From assembly GCA_951406725.2 (NCBI GenBank), contig OX597827.1, positions 1,054,001 to 1,118,000 of the forward strand: 64,000 nt of DNA, written 5' to 3'. Source of the stretch: Octopus vulgaris. Its lineage: Eukaryota. Both the position numbers and the translations under genes were made by a program. The notes beneath the pieces are model-generated. The model had not been told where the DNA came from and did not search any database. It was given only the letters and a program-made list of their open reading frames with translations. This document shows, one piece after another, positions 38,250 through 51,423 of this stretch (positions within the stretch are counted from its first letter, which is position 1; each line of letters starts with the position of its first letter).

Positions 38250-38755
38250 ATACAAAATGGGACAAGAACGCAAAACATCCGGACAACTAAGTGATACAAG
38301 GGACAGCAAAACATCGAGATAGGCGATGCAAAAAAACATTTGAAGCTCTTATCCTCAGTCAAGAACTGGATCATCCTCGCAATTTTGGCTAATTAATCTT
38401 GAGATTGCTCCAATCTGGCCAGCCCCAAGGAAAAACTAAGCTAAGAACATTAGATTTCTTGGAAGAAAGCATCGAATATATACAAAAACAAGGATGGAAA
38501 AACAGACAATGTTACACAAATATAAGTACAATATAAATACAATAAAAATAATAATAACAGGACGTAACAACAGGTGTCTTTCGAATGGGGGCGAATTGAA
38601 TTAAGCTGGCATGTGTGGAAATGAAACCTTACGGCAGAGATACAAAAATTTTAGAAACACAGGGAAGAATATCGATGTTGCACGGACCATGGTCAGACCC
38701 AGAAAGAGCAAGCAGTCTGGCCTATCAGTCACGTGGGAAGAGAAGAGAAAGAAAA
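38250..38755 (-). mobile_element. Penelope-like 3'/pLTR-type fragment inserted in the (TA)n of a family B SINE (about 37995-38905)
   Basis: A complex-sequence 500-bp block splits a family B SINE exactly at its (TA)n. The reverse complement has a decayed hammerhead-like ctgaggataagagcttcaaatg. The family assignment is inference. Confidence 0.45.
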
Positions 38756-39558
38756 AAAAATATATATATATATATATATACACACGATGGACTTCTTTCA
38801 ATTTCTGTCTACTAAATCCACTTACAAGGCTCTGGTTGGTCCACACAGTGGGACTGAATCCGGAGCCATGTGGTTTGGAAGCAAGCTTCTTACCACACAG
38901 GCACATCTATATATGTATGTTGTTTATGTTTATGTAAGTTCAATCATAGGTTAACTTTAGTTAAGTAGACTTATGATTAAGACAGTCATACAACTACCAT
39001 CTTGTCTTACTTCATACTTATGACCTAATATTTTCCAAAGTGCCCTTCCTTTACTAAGACAATAGGGTATGATTTGACAAACTCAGTTACTATCACATGC
39101 AGGTCAAGCCCTTACACAGAGGTGCCTATCTTCCTTTATGAATAATACAATGTGGTACGCATGAATATAGTGAAGTACTATGAAGCTAGCACCATGGGAA
39201 TATAGTGCAATATAATGCACTATATAGTCACCATCCCAAAATAGTGCAGTGTGGTTGTATGGGGTCTAAATGGTTTTGTGAGGGCAGTGAAGTTCTTAAA
39301 ATGGTTGAAGAAATTTGTTCTTCAAATTGATGTTAGAAATTATCTCAAGGCTATAACTTAGAATAATATTGAATTTATTCTCGTTTTAGAAATTTGTCTT
39401 GTATGATTAGGCCTAAGGATAAGAAACACTAGTATAGCACTTGTATTGCTTCCCTGCTTAGTGACATTGGCACCGGAGATGTTCTGAGTAAGATATGAAG
39501 ATACAAAGGTGCACTTACTCATAGATATTCACACAAGCAAACATACACACATACATAC

Positions 39559-39589
<31 letters not shown>

Positions 39590-39603
39590 CATGCATACAT
39601 ACA

Positions 39604-39677
<74 letters not shown>

Positions 39678-39864
39678 AGTTTGAATATGAGCGTGTATCT
39701 GGGAAAGAGAGAGAGAGAGGGAGAGAGTGATTGTGAATCAGAAAGAGAGGGAGAGGGAGAGTGTGAGTCAGAGAGAGAGAGAAAGAGAGAGGGTGTGTGA
39801 GTAAGAGGGAGTGAGAAAGAATCTGAGTTTGTATGCATGTGTGTATGTTTCTGAATGTTTTTAT

Positions 39865-39904
<40 letters not shown>

Positions 39905-40582
39905 CTATAGTAGAAGACAGTTGCCCAAGGTGCCACATTGTGGAACTGAACTTAGAATCATGTGGTTGGGAAGCAAGCTTTTTACCACACAGCCAAGCTA
40001 GTGATTTTTGACTAGAATTAAGAAAAGTGTGCTAACAGAAATAACAGAAATAACCAAGGGCATAAAATTGGATAAATAATCCAAAGGATGGTGCACTGAA
40101 TGCTATGCATCCCATTTAGGAGGAGAAAGGAAACAAAAACCTAATGGCAATTGTTGGTGACTCTCACAGAGAAGGGGGGAATTCTTAAAATAAATTAAGT
40201 CAATAATCTGTGCAGGTTAATTTACATTATTCTACTGTAGTAGTTGTGAAAAGGGAGAAAATCTCACTGGTCACATGATGTCAAAAACTAACAAACAGTT
40301 TCTCCTGAACGTAGTTTTGATTCCAAAGTGAATCAAGATGAGAACCACCCTAACCCTAACCTTGCTATAATGCTATGATGTGATGAATGTAATTTTTTTA
40401 CGCTTGGTTGGTTAGATTCTGTTTGTGCTAAGTTTGTTATGATTAAGGGAAAGAGAGAGAAAGAGAGGGAGAGAGAGAGAGAGCAAGAGAGAAGGGTCAA
40501 ATAGAGGATATCTCTGTTTATTAATGCGTGCACATAAAGGTGCATATGCATATGCATGTGTGTGGATATATATATATATATC

Positions 40583-40662
<80 letters not shown>

Positions 40663-40727
40663 AATACAATTGTTTGTTTGTACTCCACTTGCCTTCGTCT
40701 TTTGTTTATTTTCGTAAACCTTCCCGT

Positions 40728-40790
<63 letters not shown>

Positions 40791-40793
40791 GTG

Positions 40794-40833
<40 letters not shown>

Positions 40834-40963
40834 TATGTATATATGTATGTATATATATATATATGCATGCATGTATGTGTGCATATATATATATATGTAT
40901 ATATATATGTATATATATATATGTAAATACATGTATATGTGTATCATCATCATATTATATGTA

Positions 40964-41059
<96 letters not shown>

Positions 41060-42273
41060 TGTATGTATGTATGTATGTAGGTATATATTTATATAAAATG
41101 TTCTCCCAGTCAGGCCCACTCATACAAACAACAACATGACCCCAAAACATTTTCGGATCAAACATACAACAGGGTTCTCTCTTCAATCTTTATCCCGTCC
41201 CCTTTTCCTGCTCCACCCTTCCCTTCCTCCTTACTCTCTACTCACTTCTCTCCCCCCCCTCTCTCTCTCTCTCTGCATTCCCTCTTACCAACCCTCTACT
41301 ACCAGCTCAACTGATTATCTCCTCATACTCCATGCTTGATCGATTAAGTGGAATCAGAGTTTTAGCAGCAACACCCGACCCACACCTCAGCACACATCAG
41401 CCCCCACCATGCCAACCAAACGCCCATTTTTTTTCTTTTCTGGTAATCATTATTAGTCTATGGTTGACTAATTAAGGGGAACTATTATTTAACAGAGGGT
41501 TAATTAAAGATATCATAATTTGAATAAATAGTCAAGGATTACAAGAAACAGCATTTCCATTATAATTACTTTCGATTTCATTTGATTAGATATTAAAAAA
41601 AACAATTTGGATTTTATATTTATTTTTTTAGTTTTGGGTGATAATGCTGTAATTCTATTCTATGTTTGTTTGTTTGCTAGTGTTTTTGTTGTTTTTGTTA
41701 AATAGGAATAAATTATCAAGAAGAATTATAGGGGTCAGGGGTATGAAGCAAATATTTATTATCAGATTATTTGCGAAGATGCAATACTGTGAAGACCTAA
41801 ATGATATTCAAAGCAAGCTGGCAAAATTAAATGGGAGCAGATTCATATGTAAGTGTATATGTTTATATACATGTGTGTGAGTGTTTGTAGTAGTAGTAGT
41901 AGTGGTGGTGGTGGTGGTGGTGGTAGCAGTGGCAGTGGTTCTGTCTTGAGCCCCTGGAGCCATCAGGCCAGTTACCCAGTTTCCGTGGCATATTAGTGAC
42001 AGAGGTCACAACGTTCTCTGCTCAACAGAACACCAGCCCTTTGCAGGGGTCACTCATTTCCAGCTGGGCGTGCTGGAGCAACATGAAATGAAGTGTTTTG
42101 CTAAAGGATATAGTGCACTGCCTAGTCCAGGGATTGAAACTACAATCTTACAATTGTAAGTGCAATGGCTCTGACCACTAGGCTACGTGTTTTCACTCCG
42201 TGTGTAGCATGTATGCGTGTGTGTATATATATATTTACACAAATATGTGTGTATGTGTTTATATATATATGTA

Positions 42274-42315
<42 letters not shown>

Positions 42316-42406
42316 CATATATATATATATATACATACATATATATATATATATACATACATATATATATATATGTATGTATGTATATATATATATATAT
42401 ATATAT

Positions 42407-42458
<52 letters not shown>

Positions 42459-42658
42459 ATATATATATATATATATATATGGTGCAGGTCTGAAGAAGTA
42501 CCACTGTAATGTCTAAAACTGTAAATATTATGTAAATTTTCACTATGCCATCATCATCATCATTTAATGTACATTTTCAATGCTGGCATGGGTTGCTCCT
42601 GTCAAACTGTCCAACCCATGCCAGTATAGAAAAAGGACGTTAAATGATCATACTGGTG

Positions 42659-42690
<32 letters not shown>

Positions 42691-43089
42691 GGCATTGCAA
42701 GCAGAGTTGGTACAGAAACAATTCTAACTTATCATTAAAGATGTGTTAAAGACTTTCTTTGCTTTATTATTCAGCTTGCACACACACACACACACACACA
42801 CCATGAGTACTGCAGGTTCATATGTTTAAATATTATCACACACACAAACACTTTCAACCACACCAACATATGTTATAGGCTTCAGTACAGTTTCCACTAA
42901 CTAAATTCACATTTTTTTGTAGATCACAAAATTGTTGTAAACAAATATCACTTTCATTCAAGCATTGCTGATCCTTTGTAATCCACTTGGAAATCACGTC
43001 CAGCCATTGTGCTGTTTGTGCATATGTATACATATATATATATACATATATATATACATATACATACATACATATATACATATCTATGA

Positions 43090-43647
43090 GTACCCCTCAT
43101 TCATTGGACAATAAAATTGCTTGCGAAGACCTATTGAGGTAAGTGAAATCAAATCAAAATTGCTGACGTGGCCGATGATAGTACCACCTGATTGGCACTC
43201 ATGCCAGTGGAACGTAAAAAGCACATCCAAGCATAATTGTTGCCAGGGCTATGGAATGGCTACCATGCCGGTGGCACGTAAAACGCATCATTCGAATGGG
43301 ACCATTGCCAGTGTTGCTTTACCAGCACATGCTGGTGGCATGTGAAAAACATTTGAGCATGGTCGTTGCCAGTGCCGGACTGGTTCTTGTGCAGGTAGCA
43401 CGTAAAAAACACCTTTTGAGCGTGGTCATTGCCAGAGCCACCTGACTTGCCCTCATGCCAGTGGCACGTAAAAGCACCCACTACATTCTTGGAGTGGCTG
43501 GTGTTAGGAAGGGCATCTAACTGTAGAAACTTTGCCAGATCAGATTGAGCTTGGTGCAGCTTTCTGACTCACCAGTCCTCAGTCAAACCGGCCAACCCAT
43601 GCCAGCATGGAAAGTGGACATTAAACGATGATGATGATGATGATGAT
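43090..43647 (+). mobile_element. Long family C element with internal tandem subrepeats
   Basis: Five subrepeats of the type tgcc(a/g)gtggcacgtaaaa, then ggtgttaggaagggcatc...catgccagcatggaaagtggacattaaac(gat)n. Confidence 0.8.
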
Positions 43648-45035
43648 ATACACATACATACATACATGCACACATGCATATATATTTCTATGTAACCTCA
43701 CTGATCAATACATTCCCTTTTATTGTGCTCAGCAAATGACTGAGTGAATGGCTCTATAATTGGTCAGGTAATCTTGTGATGGAATCAGTTTAAATAACAG
43801 CTAAAGTGAAGATCACATTCTTGATAGTCTCCTCCACAACCTCATAGCACTGGTTCTTGGAGATGCTTCCGTTGTTTGAATGATAACTATGGCAGTTAGT
43901 TGGTGTGATGCGGTGTAGTGTGGTGGGGGAGAGAGTCCAGTAGGGTGGTGGTGGAGGTGGTGGTGGAGGTGGTGAATGGAGAGTTACTGACAACTAATGT
44001 AATCTGCAAAGATAAGCTATTTGACAATTTAAGCATATTTGAGGGAACATCACTCTCCCCCATTTGCCACCACCCACCCTACTCCCACTACTTCCCTCTC
44101 TATTTCTCACTCTTTCCTTTTATACTCTCTCTCTCGTTCTCTGTCATCTTTTAAACTCTCTCTCTCTCTCTCTTTCCCCAGTCTTTCTCTTAATATCTTC
44201 CTCTCTCTTTCTCACTCAATACATTTCTCTGTCACTTTTATCACCTTACTTTTCTCTCCCTTTTCTTCCATCACTCTTTTCTTCTATCTCTCTTTTATAG
44301 TATCTCCCTCTCTCTCTCTCTCTCAACCACTATTTCTTTCTCTCTGTCGCTTTTATCTCTCTCACTCCTCCCTTCCCTCCTCCCTCTCTCTCTTTGTATC
44401 AACGAATAATTATTAGTGAACACTAATATTTGACATAGTTAAATTCCTGTATGAACGATAGTTTCATTTTGTCTCTCTCTCTCTCTCTCTCTTAATTTCA
44501 CATTGTCACAGACTTCCTCTCTCTCTCTCACACACTTTCTCTCTCTCTCTCTCATACACTCACTCACACTAACACAATTTATAGTGAAGGAAATCTTAAC
44601 CATTACACAACAACAACAACAACAACATCACCAACACTAGATATTAACAACAACAATAATGACAACAACATCAGTAAATCTCTTTATGTCGAAATAAATG
44701 TCCCCCTTTAAACTCATTAATACCTGGAAAACATTATTAATCCAAAGCAATACAACAAGTCATTCCGATTAGATTTATCGTGTCTGCAGACGTCCGGGAG
44801 TTTACTCAGAAACAATGGATTTCATTGTAATAATGGTGTCCAATCAGTTCCTCGCTTCTAATGGTTGTGGAAGTTCTATCAATGTGAGCAATAATGTTTA
44901 AATGTTGCGACAGATATGAGAAATGAGAGATGAGAGATGAGCAAGCGTGCACAGCATGTATCATCAAAGAATGTTGAAACAGTTGGACTGCTTTTAAGTT
45001 TGTATCTTCCTGTTTTAGAGAGAGAGGTTCTTGTT

Positions 45036-45071
<36 letters not shown>

Positions 45072-45779
45072 AGAGGGAGAGATACTGAGAGAGGAAGAGA
45101 GTGAGTGATATCATTCATTAATTTAATCAGCCAAGCATTTCATTTCTTCTTGTGTTTCAGTCAATAGACACAACAATGGTCGGCGCTTGCAAATGTGTTT
45201 GCGTGTGTATGCGCATGCATGTCTATCTATTTACATATATGTATATACATGCATGTATCAACATGCATGAGCATGCATGTGCCCATGTGTGAGTGTATTG
45301 TGCATGTAAGCATCTATACACACACACACACACGAACACACACACACACACATGTATACGGTCATTGATCTTCTTCATTGCTGTAGTGATGGTCTTCAGA
45401 ACCTGGTCATGTCCTTTAATAATAGTACTCTTCACCCAGCCACAGAATAAGCAGTTGCTCAGGATGTGTTCAAGGTACCCTGTCATGCAGAGAACGTCTG
45501 TGATTACAGGTTGCTCTATACCACATCTAAATAAGTTGAGTACAGATACACACACACACACACACACATATGTTTACTTCTAATTTAGGATAAAATTTTT
45601 GACCCAAAAAAATTTCATCAAAAGTGGCAGTATATTAAATTACCTTTAAAGGTGAAAATTATAAACAATTTATAAACGAGGTCAAAAGAAAAAAAATTTC
45701 TATGCCAATATGCTGAGAATAGACTTTAAATCCTCAATCACCTCATTACAATATACATTCACCATATATATACATGTCA

Positions 45780-45840
<61 letters not shown>

Positions 45841-45879
45841 AATAAAGCATTTAATCTGTATCAATGTAATATAACTAAG

Positions 45880-45981
45880 TGTTCATCTGAAGAACTGGTG
45901 TGAATCTGCATGAATTTGCACTATTAACACCCACTGCATAGGATGCCAATAGCCACAATTGTGAAACAAGTGTAGGGAACA
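45880..45981 (+). ncRNA. Hammerhead ribozyme with ~69-nt extended stem II (family 2)
   Basis: tgttcat CTGAAGA [actggtgtg...cacaattgt] GAAAC aagt GTA gggaaca. Both core boxes are intact (45887-45893, 45963-45967), the GUA triplet is 45972-45974, and stem I pairs 6/7. Confidence 0.6.
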
Positions 45982-46189
45982 AATGGTGAAAGCTGCATCG
46001 TGTGTTTATCATCCTTTTTGCTATATTTGCTCTGTACATCATAATTGGCAATACTACTAATTACAGCAGTAATTACACTTTACTGGAAGTAGACTAGATG
46101 ATGATATCCTACATGGAGCTCTAAACTTACCAGCAACAGTTGTACATCTCTAACTGTACACACAAGAAATACTAAATATATATATTACA

Positions 46190-46700
46190 TACATACACCT
46201 ATACACACACGCCTACACACCTACATACACACACATGCATACACACACACACATGTACGCACATACACATACATATATACCCACACACATGCACACACAC
46301 ACACATATGCACAAGCATGCATGCATGCACACGCGCACACCTACACGCATACACACACACACACGCACGTACACATACATACATACACACACGCATACAT
46401 ACACCCATACACATACATGCATCCTACACACACATACATACACACTCACACATACATACACACACACACACTCACTCACACACCTGTATGTACGCGCACA
46501 CACATGCACATACACACACTTCCCCACACCCACACATACATACATACACATTCATACACATACACACACACACACACACACGGACATACATCTATGCACA
46601 CACATATACACACACATACTCACATACATTCATCGGACACACTGCCACCCAGACATACACACAGACACACTCACACATCCACACACATACATACTTACGC
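46190..46700. repeat. ~500-bp degenerate (CA)n/(CATA)n microsatellite
   Basis: Direct inspection. It is the source of the 200-270 aa HT-repeat ORFs. Confidence 0.95.
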
Positions 46701-47594
46701 GCACACTCGCAGGCGCGCGCACACACGCGCTTGCGCCGGTTCGCGCACGCATACGCGCCGCATGCACCTCGCTCTTGGACCCGACGAGACCTCCCGCCCG
46801 TTCCTGGGACCGTCGCTGTCGTTGGGTTTTCCCACGCCCGTCTCCGCGGGACCACTCTTCCATCTTCCCCTCAGCTGGAGTCCTTTTTCCTTAACCGCCC
46901 CCTTTTTCGTTACACACACGCGCACACATATACACACATTGCTTAAATATATACATTACTCTTACACACATTCAATCTACTCGCCATTAATACTACCACG
47001 ACACTGGACACACACACACACTACCACTCAACACACGCTGGCACGCTACATACGCCCCCACCCCTTCCCCTCCCTCCCTTCCTCCTTCCTTCTTTTTCTT
47101 ACTACTGACCTTTGTCTGCTATGCTGACCACCGTCTGCTATGCTGACCACCGTCTGCTATGCTGACCACCGTCTCGCCCTACCTCACACGCCTACACACA
47201 GACGCACACACTAACACATACATATATTTTTTGTTTTTTTATCTCGCCTCACACACACACATACACACACGCACACGCACACACTCACACATACACACAC
47301 ATCTGCTGTTACCAACCTTGTCTCCACTCTTTTGCCTTTAAAAACCCACTTTGCTCTTGTTATCGTAAACATCCGCCTTTCACCATGTGTAACTCGTAAA
47401 CACCAGTCGTTTTTTTCTCTATCCCTGTTGCCCGCTCTGGGATCTTTCTTTCCTCTCTCTTCCTTCTTTATGTTTCCGACGAAGAGCTCCGCTCGAAACG
47501 TCATACCTCCCTGCTTCCATTTCCTGAGCGCCTATTAATAATAATACTGTAATTGTTCCATTGTTGTTGTGTTTTTTTGTTTCCCGTTTGGATT

Positions 47595-47600
<6 letters not shown>
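46700..47600 (+). mobile_element. Penelope-like element 3' remnant with minimal hammerhead
   Basis: The GC-rich block encodes RLRRFAH...VAVVGFS...FFLNRPLF, a weak resemblance to the GIY-YIG C-terminus. It is followed by C/A-rich spacers, a 19-bp triple repeat gtctgctatgctgaccacc (about 47114-47174), the motif gttt CCGACGA a gagc tcc gctc GAAAC GTC atac, and then (TA)n. Confidence 0.6.
47472..47506 (+). ncRNA. Minimal Penelope-type hammerhead motif (U4C core variant)
   Basis: CCGACGA at 47476-47482, stem II GAGC/GCUC, GAAAC, loopless palindromic stem III ACGU, GUC triplet, stem I guuu/auac (3/4). Confidence 0.6.
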
Positions 47601-47649
<49 letters not shown>

Positions 47650-47970
47650 CACACACACACGCACATGCACACACACACAATGTTTTGCATAGTTATTCTT
47701 AATACATTCTGAAAAACTTGAATGCAAATATGCCAATTGCTGTTGTGTGTGTCATAGAGGAGCAACTTCTCCCTTTTATAATGATGAGATGTTCATAACA
47801 TACTTGGTTCAGTGGTACAAGGGATTCTGGGACACCAGTGTTTCAACATGTGTCTCATTGGTCAGAAGTAACTGGACAGTACATACCCTACCTACCTACT
47901 TATCCATCCATCCGTCCGTCCATCCGTCCGTCCGTCCGTCCGTCCATCCGTCCGTCTGTCTGTCTGTCCG

Positions 47971-48033
<63 letters not shown>

Positions 48034-48342
48034 GTCTATCTATCTAACTATATAGATATATATTCATACATATTTCTTTAAGTTTCCTCTGGTGCTGTTG
48101 CTGGTTGTATCTCTTGGAGACTTTTCTTTCCTAGAAGACATAACTAACACTAGAGGAAGCTTTAAAAAATAATGAAAATATTTAAGTGTGACAGGTATAC
48201 TAGTACCAGCCAACAAAACTGGAAATTTGTATGACATTAAAACTAATATATATATATATATATAATATAGAATAAAATTTTTCAAAAAAATTCTATCAAT
48301 GGTCAGCATATTAAAAAATACTTTTAAAGGTTAAATTTATAA

Positions 48343-48554
48343 ACAATTTATAAGTAAGGGCAAAAGAAAAAATTTCTAACACCAAAATATGCCGAAAATT
48401 ACCATATCGGTAATAACGGGATTTTTTAGAAATTTCTGTCGGCTTTCTTCGAGAGGCGTGCTTGTAGTGATGAATTATAATGGTTATTGACGTTGTGTCT
48501 ATTTTCGGCATATTTTGGCATTAGAAATTTTTTCTTTTGCTCTTACTTATAAAT

Positions 48555-48557
<3 letters not shown>
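48343..48557. mobile_element. Foldback/MITE with ~57-bp inverted repeat
   Basis: acaatttataagtaagggcaaaagaaaaaatttctaacaccaaaatatgccgaaaat vs attttcggcatattttggcattagaaattttttcttttgctcttacttataaattgt. A related single arm is at about 45590-45720. Confidence 0.8.
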
Positions 48558-48590
<33 letters not shown>

Positions 48591-49074
48591 ATAAAGAAAA
48601 TGGAGAGTTTGATCAGAGCATAATCCATTTATTTACATTTTGTCAATCATATGAGCCTACAATCGTTTCCATATCAATCTTCATTCAAATTACAATTAAA
48701 ATTGCATTATCAAATAACGAAGGTAGATATTTCTTCAGGACAAAAATTACACATACACACACGCACACACATGCACACACACACAAACACATTTATATGT
48801 ATGTATACGGTACACACACACATATGTGTGAACTGAAGAACAAGAGGAATTTTCAAGAGGGATGTGCTTTGGTTTTGCTGGTGAGAAGACAAATGAAGCC
48901 AATATTGGATACAGAAAATTCTTTTAGTTTTGCCAGGGACAGTTCAACATTTCCTGTGTTCTTGCTATGATAAAAAAAAATCCACTTAGAATGTTGTGGT
49001 TTTAAGTGGTTGGCAACGGGAAAGTTCTTGAGCCCCTATTTAGAAACTATGGCAAAATAAAAAAAAAAAAACAT

Positions 49075-49500
49075 GTGCGGGAGTGGCTGTGTGGTAAGTA
49101 GCTTGCTTACGAACCACATGGTTCCGGGTTCAGTCCCACTGCATGGCACCTTGGGCAAGTGTCTTCTACTATAGCCTCAGGCCGACCAAAGCCTTGTCAG
49201 TGGATTTGGTAGACGGAAACTGAAAGAAGCCTGTCGTATATATGTATTTATATATATATATATGTATGTATGTGTGTGTTTATGTTTGTGTAACTGTGTT
49301 TGTTCCTCCAACATCGCTTGACAACCGATGCTAGTGTGTTTAAGTCCCCGTAACTTAGCGGTTCGGCAAAAGAGACCGATAGAATAAGTACTAGGCTTCC
49401 AAAGAATAAGTCCTGGGGTCGATTCGTTCGACTAAAGGCAATGCTCCAGCATGGCCACAGTCAAATGACTGAAACCAGTAAAAGAGTAAAGAGTAAAGAG
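49075..49500 (+). mobile_element. Family B tRNA-derived CORE-like SINE, complete copy
   Basis: A-box tggctgtgtgg, B-box ggttcagtccc, CORE-like ggcaccttgggcaagtg, internal (TA)/(TG) microsatellite and 3' tail agtaaaagagtaaagag. Confidence 0.9.
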
Positions 49501-49912
49501 TATGCGGGTGAGGGTTGAGTATGAATGATATACACCATGTTGACTCAGCATGGTGTTGGTGTTGATGATGATGGTAATGATAGTGATGGTGATGATGATG
49601 GTAATGATGGTGATGATGATGATTGTGATGGAAATTATAATGACGATGAAGATGACGATGATGATGGCGATGGTGGTAAACGATGATGATGATGATGATA
49701 ACAATGGCCATAATGATGATCACGGTGACGATGATGATGATGATAATGACAATAGAGAGCTCATTGGCAAGATGTTATGAAGGATGCTGTATGAAGGATG
49801 CTGTACTCATTATTTCTAGAAAATCGGGCAGAAGTAACCACGTAGTGGTTCTGTCAATGATTTGTTTTCTGTTTAGTAAAAATGCCCGGTCACATCAATA
49901 GGGAGAAAGAGA

Positions 49913-49964
<52 letters not shown>

Positions 49965-50422
49965 AAAAGAGGAGAGAAAGAGAGATTTCTGTTATATATT
50001 CTATTTTTTTAAAACTTGAGTTGAGGGAGATTTGCCTACTATTTCTAGTGATTCAAGCAGCTACAGAAGCCCTGTCATAGGTTTGTTGCAGTGTGTGTGT
50101 GTGTGTGTTTTGTTAATGGCAATAATAAGCAGTAAATAAGTAGTAATAACAGTGGTGGTAGTGGTGGTGGTGGTGGTGATAGTAGTGGTAATGTTGGTGA
50201 CTTATAGGAGGGGGATGTACACGAGAGATTCTCTTGTCGTGCATGCAATTTCTCTGTCATATTTCATAAATTTAATCAAATTTGAAATGATTTCAATATT
50301 AACGATGTGGTCATGGTGGTGGTGGTGAGGGTGGTTACACGCAGGAAGGCACTTTAATATAATCATACATGCTTACAAAACACACACACACATCAGTACC
50401 AAATGTATACCATGTGAATTTA

Positions 50423-50468
<46 letters not shown>

Positions 50469-50471
<3 letters not shown>

Positions 50472-51315
50472 GGTGCGATGAATAAACTGTCGTCTAAATT
50501 ACACAAAAATGAAAATAATACTGACATCTCATTTTAACAAATATATTTACCAAAATTACATAAAAATATCTTCAAATACGAAAGAGTAAATTTAATCAAT
50601 AAAATCGCCATTGGCTTCAACCATGGCCTTCAGGCGACTTTGGAATCTCCTGCAACTCTTCTGGATAGTCTCCTTGTTTAAGTTGGTGATAACTGCCATA
50701 ATCCTTGCCTTCAGTTCATCTTTGGTGTTACAAGGAGTTTTGCTGGTCTATCGCTCAGCTGTATCCCACTCATAATAATCAAGGGGGTGGCAGTCTGGGG
50801 AGTTAGGTGGCCAGATGTTAGGGGTGGTGTAGTTGCAGAAATTGTCTGACAGCCATGACTGGGTTCTCCTGCTTGTGTGGGATGATGCAGAGTCCTGTTA
50901 CCAGACACAGGGTCTTCCAGCAGCCACACTTGACCCAGGGCAGCACTACCTCCTCCAGGCGCTTGATGTGGGCCACTGTGTTGAGTCTGAGGCATAACGT
51001 CGCCATCACTAGTGATCACTCCAGACACCATGATGTTGACTGGATGTTTGATTTTTATCACCCTCGATACATGTCCTCAGATTGACACTCAAACACTCTG
51101 AAATGTTCATATTGGTGCTTCTGGTACAAATGCCAAGCAGAACAGTATGTCATTTCCAAATTTCTGGTGGAGTGAATTGCATCATGGTGCTGTTTATCTC
51201 ACAGGTGGTGCCCAACTGACCCTACTATACTGTGCAGTTGACAAAACATAAACAAACAATGCACATTTGCAAAATTGAAAATGTAAAATGCCAACAATTC
51301 ACTCATCGGACCCTG
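50469..51315 (-). mobile_element. DD37D (maT) Tc1/mariner-superfamily transposon, deleted and pseudogenised
   Basis: TIRs are cagggtgcgatgaataaactgt / acaattcactcatcggaccctg within (TA)n. The transposase remnant reads KHPVNIMVSGVITSDG...VW*QDSASSHTSRRTQSWLSDNF...WPPNSPDCHPLDYY...RFQSRLKAMVEANGDFID*, with 37 residues between the 2nd and 3rd catalytic D. Confidence 0.92.
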
Positions 51316-51341
51316 TATATATATATTTATGTGTATGTATG

Positions 51342-51423
<82 letters not shown>

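Noticed and set aside
40347-40362. ccctaaccctaacc telomere-like motif
   Set aside because: Only about two units, which is expected by chance or from transposon ends.
43195-43480. Regularly spaced repeats resembling a CRISPR array
   Set aside because: The spacers are similar to each other and lie inside a eukaryotic family C retroelement; there are no cas genes.
49075-49150. tRNA-like A/B boxes in many places
   Set aside because: They are SINE heads continuing into SINE bodies; no complete cloverleaf tRNA gene was seen.
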